Positions 10,039 through 19,528 of a stretch of DNA of 38,369 nucleotides are shown here, in pieces; within the stretch, counting starts at the first letter, position 1; the number at the start of each line of letters is the position of its first letter. The notes below the pieces were generated by a model. It made no database searches. It was not told the origin of the DNA and saw only the letters and a list, made by a program, of their open reading frames with translations. Both the position numbers and the translations under genes were made by a program. Origin of the DNA: Acetobacteraceae bacterium (lineage in GTDB: Bacteria; Pseudomonadota; Alphaproteobacteria; Acetobacterales; Acetobacteraceae). Location of the stretch: assembly GCA_027311485.1 (NCBI GenBank), contig DAICYU010000001.1:1-38369 (forward strand), in the 5' to 3' direction.

Positions 10039-12945
10039 ATGGAAGTCTCGGTCGGGATCAAGGTCGCCGCACGCGGACTGGCGTGGGACGTAACCGAGGT
10101 CGACCCGGCGGCGGCGGACGCCGCGGGCGGGCAACAGCGCGTGCGCCTGTGTTGCCTGGACGGCGACCTGGCCGGGCTGGAGTGGGATATATTGTACCCG
10201 TTGGAACCATTGGCGCCGCTGCGGGCCGGTCCGGACCCGCTGGACGCGGCCTCGCTGGCCGATTGGCGGCGCTATCACATTGCCCGGATGCTGGAGCAAA
10301 TTCCTGGCGCGCCCACACCCGCCGGGCGGCTGGCGATCGAGTCGTGGCAGAAAGTGCCGTTGTTGCGCGCACTCGACATGGTGCGCCCCAGGCTGCTGCT
10401 GGCCGATGGCGTCGGGCTGGGGAAGACAATCCAGGCGGGGTTGATCGCCGCCGAACTGATTGTGCGGCGGCGCGCGCACCGCGTCCTGGTGGTGACACCG
10501 CCGGGGCCCTTGCTGCGCCAATGGGAACAGGAAATGCGGCTGCGCTTCGGGCTGCGCTTCACCGCCATGGCCGATGCCGGCGCGCTGCGGGCACAACGGC
10601 GCGGGCTGGAACCCGGCGGCAATCCGTTCGGCGCGACGGCGCTGTGCCTGACATCGTTGGATTTCGCCAAGCAGGACCATGTGCTGCGTGAGCTGGAACG
10701 TGTGGCGTGGGACCTGGTGATCATTGATGAGGCGCATCATTGCATCGCCGATGCCATGCCCAGCCAGCGGCGGACGCTCGCCGAGGTGCTGGCCGCTAAG
10801 TCCGACGGGCTGCTGCTGCTGACGGCAACGCCGCATGACGGGCATGATGCGCATTTCGCCTCGCTGATGGCGCTGCTCGATCCCAGCCTGGTCGATGGAA
10901 GCGGGCGACTGATCGGCACCGCCTACCGACGGCACGTGGTGCGGCGGCTGAAGGCGCATATCCACGACGCCCGGACGGGTGCGCCGGTGTTCCGGGAACG
11001 GGTGGTGCTGCCGGTCAAGGTGGATGTGTCGAATGCCGAACCGGTGCGGGCATTCCACCGCGCGCTGTCGGCCCTGGTGGCACCGCGGCTGCGGCGGTCC
11101 GGCAGCAAGGCGGAGCTGGCGGACGCGCTGGCGTTTGTCAGCCTGCTGAAACGATCGATGTCCACGGTTGCGGCCTGCGTGGCGACGCTGCGCGTGGTCG
11201 CCGAACGCTATGCCGAGGCCGAGACGCCGGCCGGACGGCGGGAGCGGCGGCGCGCGCTTCTTGCATATCGGCGCCGGGTGGTCCGGTTCGGCGTGCTGGA
11301 CCCGGCGTCGGAGGACGATATTGCAGTGCTGGAAGCCGAGGAAATGGCCGCCAGCCTGGCCGGCGCCAATACCCTGACGGACCTGCGCAGCCTGATCAGG
11401 CTGGGCGAGCTTGCGGCCGGCGCCGATCCCAAGCTCGCCGCACTGGTGCTGGAAATCCGGCTGATCCGCCTGGAGCAGCCGCACGCCAATATACTTGTCT
11501 ATACGGAATACGCCGACAGCCAGCGCGCCGCTGTCGCCGCCCTGGCCGGGATCGACGGCAGCGTTCTGACGATCGGCGGGGCCGACACCGAAGCGGACCG
11601 AACCCGTGCGGCAGAGCGCTGCGCCGAGGAAGACGGGATCGTGCTGATCAGCACCGACTCGCTGGCCGAGGGGCTGAACCTGCATGCGCGGTGCTGCCAC
11701 CTGATCCATCTGGACCTGCCCTACAACCCGAACCGGCTGGAACAGCGCAATGGCCGGATCGACCGTTACGGGCAACAGCGAGACCCGCAGATCCGCTACC
11801 TCTATTTGGCCGGCACCTTTGAGGAGCGGCTGCTGCTACGGCTGATCGCAAAGTATGAAAAGGCGCGGGCCTGCCTGGCGTTCATGCCCAATACGCTGGC
11901 GATGAATGCAGACCCGGGCAGCCTGCGGGAGCCTCTGTTCGACGGCGACCTGTTCAGCGGCGCGCCGCGGCTGATCCATTCGCTCGATCTGGCGGGAGAG
12001 GACACCGAGAGCGAGTCGTACCGCGATCTGCTGCGTGAAATCGACCGGGCGTTCCAGAGCTTTGACAAGATGGCGGTGCGCCACGGCTGGCTGTCGGGCG
12101 GCGAGAGCGCCGAACCAGCCGAGAACTGCGCGCCGGGGTTCGAACTGACCGCGTTTATCGCATCGGTGCTGACGCCGGCGGCGGACGGCTACCGCGTGCC
12201 GGACGCCTGGCAGGACGATCTGCTCGGACTGCCGGGATACGAGGCGGCGGCAGGCATTGTGCGGCTGACCGAGAACCTCGACCAGGTGCGGGACGACAAC
12301 GGGCGCACGCTGCTGTATGCCGGCCGATCCCATCCGCTGACGCGGCGGGCGATTGCCGCGGTCCGCACCGGGGCTGTCAGTGCCGCGCGATCCGAACGGC
12401 TGGCCTTGCTGGCGACGTTCGTGGTGGAAGCTGGCGCGATCCTGCGGCGGCTGTTCGGGATGCTCCTGTTTCCGGATGGACGCGCGGAACACACGCTGGA
12501 CGTGCTGCGCTTCGCCCAGTGCGCCGTGCCGCCGGAAGGGCTCTGGCAGCGCTGCTTTGCCGATTGGGCACCCTCTGCCCTGGCCCGCGCCGATACAACG
12601 GCGGTGGCGGAGCAGATGGCGGCGCCATTGCTGGCGGCATACCGGCAACGGCTGGACCAGCATGCCGCGACGGCGCGTGCCTGGCTGGCTCAGTGGGCCG
12701 ACGCGCTGTGCGGCCCCGTCGAGCCGGTGACGTACGACCTGTTTGCCCCCGCACCCGCCGGCGATGACTGGCGGTTCTGCCGCGTGCCGGAGGATCGGCT
12801 GGCCGCCTTCGCCACCGACCCGGCCGTTGCCGCGGACAAACGCCATGACGCGGCCGCCGTCCTGGCGCAGGTCCGCGCCGCCCCGGCACCGCACATGCCG
12901 CCCGTGACCGTCCGCCCCTGCGGCCTGCTGATGTTGGTGCCGTGA
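10039..12945 (+). CDS. SNF2-family helicase/ATPase (DrmD/BrxHII/HepA-like)
   Basis: LLADGVGLGKTIQAG, IIDEAHH, LTATP, STDSLAEGLNL, DLPYNPNRLEQRNGRIDRYGQ. ATG 10039 follows GGAG. Confidence 0.9.
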   Translation: MEVSVGIKVAARGLAWDVTEVDPAAADAAGGQQRVRLCCLDGDLAGLEWDILYPLEPLAPLRAGPDPLDAASLADWRRYHIARMLEQIPGAPTPAGRLAIESWQKVPLLRALDMVRPRLLLADGVGLGKTIQAGLIAAELIVRRRAHRVLVVTPPGPLLRQWEQEMRLRFGLRFTAMADAGALRAQRRGLEPGGNPFGATALCLTSLDFAKQDHVLRELERVAWDLVIIDEAHHCIADAMPSQRRTLAEVLAAKSDGLLLLTATPHDGHDAHFASLMALLDPSLVDGSGRLIGTAYRRHVVRRLKAHIHDARTGAPVFRERVVLPVKVDVSNAEPVRAFHRALSALVAPRLRRSGSKAELADALAFVSLLKRSMSTVAACVATLRVVAERYAEAETPAGRRERRRALLAYRRRVVRFGVLDPASEDDIAVLEAEEMAASLAGANTLTDLRSLIRLGELAAGADPKLAALVLEIRLIRLEQPHANILVYTEYADSQRAAVAALAGIDGSVLTIGGADTEADRTRAAERCAEEDGIVLISTDSLAEGLNLHARCCHLIHLDLPYNPNRLEQRNGRIDRYGQQRDPQIRYLYLAGTFEERLLLRLIAKYEKARACLAFMPNTLAMNADPGSLREPLFDGDLFSGAPRLIHSLDLAGEDTESESYRDLLREIDRAFQSFDKMAVRHGWLSGGESAEPAENCAPGFELTAFIASVLTPAADGYRVPDAWQDDLLGLPGYEAAAGIVRLTENLDQVRDDNGRTLLYAGRSHPLTRRAIAAVRTGAVSAARSERLALLATFVVEAGAILRRLFGMLLFPDGRAEHTLDVLRFAQCAVPPEGLWQRCFADWAPSALARADTTAVAEQMAAPLLAAYRQRLDQHAATARAWLAQWADALCGPVEPVTYDLFAPAPAGDDWRFCRVPEDRLAAFATDPAVAADKRHDAAAVLAQVRAAPAPHMPPVTVRPCGLLMLVP

Positions 12946-15900
12946 CCCTGGACCTTGCGGACTGCGCCTTCAGCGGGCCGGCACTGCCCGAGCCGTTTCT
13001 GCGCACCGGGCTGGAGCTGACCGCATCCGCCGGACTCGAGGCCACCTGGGACAACCTGCGCGTCGGACTGCGCAGCGGCGGAGAGCATCGCGTCCATACA
13101 TTCATCACAACGCGTATCACCACCGCGCTCGGCTATGCCCGCCCGGTCCGGCAAGCGCCGATGATGACCCGCGAAGGCGCCGAGGATGCCGGCTGGCTGG
13201 CGCAGGCCCGCGACGGGGGAAGCCTGCGTGTGTGGTCATTCGGTGAGGAAACCGACCTGGACGCCGGGGCACGCACGCCCCGTACCAGCCGAAGTAGCCC
13301 AATGCGGGTGGCACAGCGCGTGCTGCTGGCCAGCGGGGAGCGAGTGGGGCTGCTGACCAACGGCGCGGTTCTGCGCGTGGTGCTGTGCGACCCGGTGCGC
13401 GCCGACAGCCATGTTTCAATCGATATCGGCGACTGGCGCAGCCGCCCGCTTCCGCCGGACTCGTTCCGGATTCTGATGAATCTCACCGGGGCCGAGGTGT
13501 TACCGAACCTCCCAACCCTCCTGGATGCCGCTCGGCTGCATCAGGCGCGGGTGACAAAGGATCTGCGTCGTCAGGCGAAGGAGGCGATCACCGGCTTCAT
13601 CAATGCACTGCCGGAGCGCGGCGGACTGGAAGCGGAGACGCTGTGGCGGGAAGCGTTGGTGCTGGTGTATCGCTTGCTGTTCATCCTGAAGCTGGAGAGC
13701 CCGGCCGAACCGGGCGCAGGGTTCAGTTTCGCCTCGGCGGCGCTGTGGTCCGGTGCGCTGTCGCCGAACCGCGCGCTGGGGCCACTGGTGCGGCGGCATC
13801 TGGACCAGGGACATGCCACCGGGCGGATGCTTGAAGGCGGACTGCGGCTGCTGTTCGCGATCTTCCGCGGTGGGGTCGCCTGTGCGGAACTGCGGATCGT
13901 GCCGCTTGGCGGCGCGCTGTTCGGGGCGGCGTCGACTCCCGCACTGGACCGCCTGGTGTGGGGTGAGCGCGCCGTTGCTATCCTGATGGACCGGCTGATC
14001 TGGACCACCACGCCGGGCGGCGCGCGGGCGCGGGTGCATTACGGCAGCCTGGGCGTGGAGGAGCTTGGCGGCATCTACGAGTCGTTGCTGGAACAGGAAC
14101 CAGGGATCGCGGACGAACCGCTCCGGCGGATGCGGCGCGGCAAGGTGGAGGCGATGGTGCCGGCTGCCGGTGCCCCAGCGGACGTTCCGGAGGGCCATTT
14201 CTTCCTGCGTGCGGGGCTGGGGCGGAAAGCCAGCGGGTCCTTCTACACGCCGCGGGAGTTTGTCCGCTTCATCGTAAGGGAAACCTTGGGGCCAGCGGTG
14301 GCAGCGGCATCACCGCCGGATGATCCGCATCCGGTACGGCTGCTGGCGGTGAAGGTCGTCGATCCCGGCATGGGCAGTGGGCATTTCCTGGTCGAGGCCT
14401 GCCGCTTTCTGGCCGATGCGCTGCTGACCGCCTGCCGGATCGCGGATGAACGCGGGCTGCACAACCGTATCGCCGCCCTGCCCGATCCCGACAACAGTCT
14501 GGCCGCCTATCTGCCCAGCCGCGGCTGGGCTGAAGCGCAGGCGCGAGCGATCTGCCGACGACTGGTGGCCGTGCATTGCCTGTATGGCTGTGATCGCAAC
14601 GCGCTGGCGGTGGAACTGGCAAAGCTTTCGCTGTGGCTGGAGTCCTATGCCGAGGGGTTGCCGCTGACGTTTCTCGACCACCGGCTGGTGCAGGGCGACG
14701 CCCTGACGGGGCCGTTCTTCGAGAACCTGACGACCTTGCCGGTGACGGGTGGCGGGCTCGATCCGCTGCTTGCAGCCGGGGTTGCGGAGCGGCTGCAGGC
14801 GGCGCTGGCACGGGCACAGCATCTGGTCCGCGCCCTGGACGCGTCGATCGGGCGGGATGTGCTGGACCTGGAGCGGAAGCAGGGCCTGAAGCAACGGCTG
14901 GACGCCGCGTTGCATCCGCTGCGGCAGCTTGCCCGGGCCTGGGCGGGGGGGGCGATGGGTGGCGAGCGGGATGCCGACGATGTCTGGCTGGCGCTGGCAG
15001 CGCATGTGGCCGATGCGGGTGGCTGGCCGGACAGGCTGACGCCGCGCCAGCAGGTGCTGCTGGACGCCGGTGCGGATGCCGTTGCCTGGGATCTGGTGTT
15101 TCCGGAAGCCCGGGGCGGGTTCGCCGCCGTGCTGGGCAACCCGCCGTGGGATGTGGTGCTGCCGAACACGCTCGATTTCGTCTCCGGCGTTGATCCGGGC
15201 GTGCTGGATGCGCCGGCCAGCGAACGGGCGGCGGTCCAGCGTGCGGTGCTGTCCCGTCCGGCGGTGGCAGCGGCGTTCGAACGCTATCGTGCCGGGTTTG
15301 ACCGGTTGAAGCGGATCGCCGGTCAGCTGTACCAGCATCAGCGGATCGGGGTTGGCGGCGACACGACAGCGGGTAACCTGGACCTGTTCCGGCTGTTCGC
15401 CGAACGCGCGGTGCGGCTGGCGGGCGCGGATGGCGCGATCGGGTTGCTGGTGCCGTCGGCCTTCCATGCCAATGAAGGCACCACCGGCATAAGGCGGTTG
15501 TATCTACAGGAGACCCGGATCGCCTGGTGCCTGTCGTTCGAGAACCGACGGCGGATTTTCGACATCGACAGCCGCTTCAAGTTCAATGTCCTGGTGGCGC
15601 ACCGGCCCGGGCCGACTCACGCGTTCCGCGCCGGCTTCTACCTGGACCGGATCGAGGATGCCGATCGTTTCATGGTGTATGACCTGCCGTTCCTGACTGC
15701 CTCGGGCGGGCCGAACCTGACACCGCTGGAGCTGCGTGGCCCGGATGAGCTGGCCGTCGCCCGTGTCATGTTTCAGCGCGCCGACCGGCTGCGCGCGTGG
15801 TGTGGCTCTCGGCGGATCAGGCTGGGCCGGGATTTGCACATGACCGGTGACGCCGGGTGTTTTCAGCCCGCCGGGGCTGCCGACCTCGTGCTGCATGAGG

Positions 15901-16532
15901 GGAAGACGTTCCACCAATATACGGATCGCTGGGACGTGGCGCCGCGCTACAGTGTGGCGACAGCCGCGATCCGGCCGGCGATTGCCGAGGCAGCGCTGCA
16001 TTACCGGCTGGTGTTCCGCGACATTGCCCGGGCGACGGATGAGCGGACGATGATCGCCTGCATCGCGCCGCCCGGCACCGTGTTTGGGCATACCGCGACG
16101 GTGGAGAAGGCGCCCTGGGCGCGTTCGATCGCCGATGCGCTGGCGCTGTGCGCGGTGTTCAATTCGTTCCCGTTCGATTGGCTGGTGCGGCAGAAGGCGG
16201 CGACGCACCTCAGCCTGTATATCCTTGACGCCCTGCCGATGCCGGACCTGCCGGAGCACGAGTGGCGATTTCTGGCTCAGGGTGCATTGCTTCTGTCCTG
16301 CCAGCATGCGGGGTACGACGCGCTGCGGCAGGCTTTGCCGGATGACCCGCCGCTGCCGGCGGTTCGGCAGGACGTGCTGCGCGCCAGGATCGATGCGGTG
16401 GTGGCGCGGGGTTACCGGCTGACGCGGGAAGGATATGCCCAGGTGCTGCGCGGATTCAGCCACCGGTCGTGGCCCGAGGCACCGGCGCTGTGCCTGGACG
16501 CGTTCAGTGCGGAACCTGCGCCTCCCCGATGA
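12942..16532 (+). CDS. Large N6-adenine DNA methyltransferase (Eco57I/type IIG, DrmMI-like) with a C-terminal target-recognition region
   Basis: EELGGIYESLL, RKASGSFYTP, DPGMGSGHFL (motif I), YGCDRNALAVELAKLSLWL, GNPPW (motif IV), LHEGKTFHQY and RLVFRDIARATDERTMIA. GTGA overlap with the helicase stop. Confidence 0.88.
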   Translation: MTLDLADCAFSGPALPEPFLRTGLELTASAGLEATWDNLRVGLRSGGEHRVHTFITTRITTALGYARPVRQAPMMTREGAEDAGWLAQARDGGSLRVWSFGEETDLDAGARTPRTSRSSPMRVAQRVLLASGERVGLLTNGAVLRVVLCDPVRADSHVSIDIGDWRSRPLPPDSFRILMNLTGAEVLPNLPTLLDAARLHQARVTKDLRRQAKEAITGFINALPERGGLEAETLWREALVLVYRLLFILKLESPAEPGAGFSFASAALWSGALSPNRALGPLVRRHLDQGHATGRMLEGGLRLLFAIFRGGVACAELRIVPLGGALFGAASTPALDRLVWGERAVAILMDRLIWTTTPGGARARVHYGSLGVEELGGIYESLLEQEPGIADEPLRRMRRGKVEAMVPAAGAPADVPEGHFFLRAGLGRKASGSFYTPREFVRFIVRETLGPAVAAASPPDDPHPVRLLAVKVVDPGMGSGHFLVEACRFLADALLTACRIADERGLHNRIAALPDPDNSLAAYLPSRGWAEAQARAICRRLVAVHCLYGCDRNALAVELAKLSLWLESYAEGLPLTFLDHRLVQGDALTGPFFENLTTLPVTGGGLDPLLAAGVAERLQAALARAQHLVRALDASIGRDVLDLERKQGLKQRLDAALHPLRQLARAWAGGAMGGERDADDVWLALAAHVADAGGWPDRLTPRQQVLLDAGADAVAWDLVFPEARGGFAAVLGNPPWDVVLPNTLDFVSGVDPGVLDAPASERAAVQRAVLSRPAVAAAFERYRAGFDRLKRIAGQLYQHQRIGVGGDTTAGNLDLFRLFAERAVRLAGADGAIGLLVPSAFHANEGTTGIRRLYLQETRIAWCLSFENRRRIFDIDSRFKFNVLVAHRPGPTHAFRAGFYLDRIEDADRFMVYDLPFLTASGGPNLTPLELRGPDELAVARVMFQRADRLRAWCGSRRIRLGRDLHMTGDAGCFQPAGAADLVLHEGKTFHQYTDRWDVAPRYSVATAAIRPAIAEAALHYRLVFRDIARATDERTMIACIAPPGTVFGHTATVEKAPWARSIADALALCAVFNSFPFDWLVRQKAATHLSLYILDALPMPDLPEHEWRFLAQGALLLSCQHAGYDALRQALPDDPPLPAVRQDVLRARIDAVVARGYRLTREGYAQVLRGFSHRSWPEAPALCLDAFSAEPAPPR

Positions 16533-17460
16533 CGTCCTGCAGCAACGACAGAACGCGCCTGATCTGGATTTCAAGCCCGTAACGGTCAGCTACCCAGTCC
16601 CGATAGAGGTTGGGGCGCGCGGCCAGGATCAGCGCAACCGCATCCTCGGTCGCGGCGAACAGACAATCCTCAGGCCAGAGCCGGTCGGCGCCGGGGAAGC
16701 CATGGATCACCGGGAAGGCGCCGGTTGCCATCGCCTCGCCGATATTCAGGCCAAAGCTTTCATACATTGAGGTCGATAGCAGGACGCCCTTGTCGGCGTA
16801 CCACGCCGGCATGTCGGCCACCTGCCCATCGAAATGCACCGTGCCGGCCAAGTTCAGCGCGGCCTGCATCTGCCTCATGTAGCGGGCGGTACGCAGGTCG
16901 GTGAAGCTGCCGGCGACATGGACCGTGTAGCGCGGGTCGCACTGGCGCAGGCGATGCGCGATCTGCATCAGCAGCATCGGGTTCTTTTTCGGTTCCAGAT
17001 GGCCGACCCAGGCGACGCGTCGGCGCTCCGGCCGGCCTTGGCTGAAGCGCTGCATGTCGATGCCGTTCGGGATGATGTCGATTGGTACTGTGGCCGCGAT
17101 GGCGGGAAAGCCGGTGCGCACGACGGCGGCGATGTCGGGCGCCACGGTCACCAGGCGACTGACGCGCTGCCAGTCCACCTGGGCGGGGTAATGGGTTTGC
17201 AGCGCCTCGATCGAGTGAAGGCGCACGATGCAGGGTTTGCCGGCCAGCACACCGTTGCGTGTGGCCCAGACGGCGTGGTCCCAGCACCATTCCAGCCAGA
17301 TGATGTCTGCCCAGCCGATCGCCTGCGCCAATTCGTCACCGGGGGCGGTGCTGATGAAGCGGGTTTCGAATTGTGCCTGAAGCGCCGGCAGCAGCGGGAC
17401 CAGGAAGCTGTCCCGCGGGCTTTTGACCCGGTCGGCGAGCAGAAGGCGGGCACGTGACAT
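16504..17460 (-). CDS. Glycosyltransferase, GT4 (GT-B) family
   Basis: IIPNGID, VGHLEPKKNP, STSMYESFGLNIGEAMATG (E-x7-E motif); starts 3 nt after the flhA stop. Confidence 0.85.
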   Translation of the reverse strand: MSRARLLLADRVKSPRDSFLVPLLPALQAQFETRFISTAPGDELAQAIGWADIIWLEWCWDHAVWATRNGVLAGKPCIVRLHSIEALQTHYPAQVDWQRVSRLVTVAPDIAAVVRTGFPAIAATVPIDIIPNGIDMQRFSQGRPERRRVAWVGHLEPKKNPMLLMQIAHRLRQCDPRYTVHVAGSFTDLRTARYMRQMQAALNLAGTVHFDGQVADMPAWYADKGVLLSTSMYESFGLNIGEAMATGAFPVIHGFPGADRLWPEDCLFAATEDAVALILAARPNLYRDWVADRYGLEIQIRRVLSLLQDVIGEAQVPH

Positions 17461-17463
17461 GGC

Positions 17464-19506
17464 TCAGATGGTTCCTACCATTTTGACCTTGGCGCGGCGG
17501 TGGATCTCAGCGTGCGCCAGCACCGGGATGTTGATCCGCGCCCGGTCGGCGATGCCGTGCAGATGCGCCCGCACGTGCTGCCCGGATACCAGGACGGGCT
17601 GAATGCCGCCGCGGATCGCGGCTTCCGTCGCGCTGCGGATGCCGCTGATCAGATCGCGCAGCTTTTCGGACCCGAGGGCAAGCTGCCGGTCATCCGGCGG
17701 GCCGGTCAGTGCCTCGGACAGCGTATCCTCCCAGGTCGGGGAGATGGTGATGATGGGGATGTAGCCATCGGCGCCGGCCAGGCTTTCGCAGATCTGCCGG
17801 GACAGGCGGATGCGGACGTTGGCGACAATGTGGGCAATGGACTTGGCGGCTCCACTGCAGGCTTCATGCACCGCTTCAAGGATCGTCGGCAGGTCGCGGA
17901 TCGACACCCGCTCCGCGAGCAGGGATTGCAGCACGCGCTGCAGGTGGCCCATCGTGATCATCGCCGGGATCAGGTCGTTCACGAGTTTCTGCTGCTGCGG
18001 ATTTTCACCGATCAGACGTTGCGTTTCGCTGTAGGTCAGCAGCTCCGCCATGTTTTCTTTCATGACCTCGGCCAGATGGGTGATCATCACGGTGCCTGGA
18101 TCGACCACGGTCCAGTTGGCGGCCCGTGCCAGGTCGGCGACCGCGGGCGCGATCCACCGGGCGGGCAGGCCGAAGGTGGGTTCGGTTGTCGGCTCCCCCG
18201 GAATTGTCGCGGCGTCGTCGCCCGGGCTGATCGCCAGCAGCAGCGCGGGCTCCAGCGCCCCGGCCCCGGCGCGAACGTCCTTGACCATGAAGGCGTACTG
18301 GTTCGGCGCCAGGTTCATGTTGTCCTGGATACGCACCGAGGGCAGCAGGAAGCCGAGTTCCACCGCCAGATTTTCGCGCAATTTCCGGATCTGCTCGGTC
18401 AACGGCTTGCCGGTGCCGGCGGCCAGTTCCAACAGGCCGAAGCCAAGTTCGATCCGCACCTGGTCGATCGCCGGCGCCGCTTCGACGGCAGGCCGAGTGG
18501 CTTGCGGCTCCGTGGTTTGCGCCGCCGGCGCCTTTGCCGGGCGCAAGCGTCCCCATGCCAGGGCGCCGGTGCAGACAAACATGGTCAGCAACGGGATTGT
18601 CGGCATGTTCGCGACAAAGGCGGCCACCGTGGCAACGGCGGAGGCGATCATCAGCGCCGGGCTGTTGGTTTGCATCTGCCGGAACAGGTCGTCCTGCAGC
18701 CGCTCTCCGGTCGCGCCCTTGGAGACGACGATGCCGGCGGCCAGAGAGACCAGAATGGCGGGAATTTGCGAAACCAGGCCGTCGCCCACGGTCAGCGTGG
18801 TATAGGTCGCGACGGCGTCCTGGATCGTCATGTTGCCCTTGACCATGCCGATGACGATTCCGCCCAGGACGTTGATGAACGCCATGATCAGGGCGGCGAC
18901 GGCATCGCCCTTGACGAATTTGCTGGCGCCATCCATCGCGCTGTAAAATCCGCCTCGTTTTTCCAGATCGCCGCGGCGCTGCTTCGCAACGGCTTCATCG
19001 ATCTGGCCGGAGGACAGGTCGGCATCGATCGCCATCTGCTTGCCGGGCAGCGAGTCCAGGTGGAAGCGCGCTGAAACTTCCGCGATGCGGCCAAGGCCTT
19101 TGGAAATCACGCTCAGGTTGACCGTGACCAGCACGCCGAAGACGATCAGCCCGACGACGATGTCACCGTTCATCAGCAGACGACCGAAGGCCGCCACGAC
19201 GCGGCCGGCGGCATATTCCCCGGCGCCGGTGTTGGACAGGATCTGCCGCGACGTGGCGACGTTCAGCAGCAGGCGGAATATCGTCGTCAGCAGCAGCAGT
19301 GACGGCAAGGTGTCCAGGTCAAGCGCGCCGCGGATTGTCAACGACGTAACGAACAGGATGACGGAGATCGTCAGTGAGAACGAGATGCCAAGATCCAGCA
19401 TGATTGTTGGCACGGGGAAGATCAGTACCGCCAGCAGCACGAGCACGACCAGGGCGAGGGTGGTGCCGCTGTCGAAGAACTGGGCGTATTTTGCCAGGTT
19501 TGGCAC
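17464..19506 (-). CDS. flhA: Flagellar export gate protein FlhA
   Basis: RIAEVSARF.LDSLPGKQMAIDADL, AMDGASKFVKGDA, LTVGDGLVSQIPA, LLAERVSIRDLPTILE; flagellar context. Confidence 0.93.
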   Translation of the reverse strand: MPNLAKYAQFFDSGTTLALVVLVLLAVLIFPVPTIMLDLGISFSLTISVILFVTSLTIRGALDLDTLPSLLLLTTIFRLLLNVATSRQILSNTGAGEYAAGRVVAAFGRLLMNGDIVVGLIVFGVLVTVNLSVISKGLGRIAEVSARFHLDSLPGKQMAIDADLSSGQIDEAVAKQRRGDLEKRGGFYSAMDGASKFVKGDAVAALIMAFINVLGGIVIGMVKGNMTIQDAVATYTTLTVGDGLVSQIPAILVSLAAGIVVSKGATGERLQDDLFRQMQTNSPALMIASAVATVAAFVANMPTIPLLTMFVCTGALAWGRLRPAKAPAAQTTEPQATRPAVEAAPAIDQVRIELGFGLLELAAGTGKPLTEQIRKLRENLAVELGFLLPSVRIQDNMNLAPNQYAFMVKDVRAGAGALEPALLLAISPGDDAATIPGEPTTEPTFGLPARWIAPAVADLARAANWTVVDPGTVMITHLAEVMKENMAELLTYSETQRLIGENPQQQKLVNDLIPAMITMGHLQRVLQSLLAERVSIRDLPTILEAVHEACSGAAKSIAHIVANVRIRLSRQICESLAGADGYIPIITISPTWEDTLSEALTGPPDDRQLALGSEKLRDLISGIRSATEAAIRGGIQPVLVSGQHVRAHLHGIADRARINIPVLAHAEIHRRAKVKMVGTI

Positions 19507-19528
19507 GTGCCGTGTCCGTTCCGGACCG

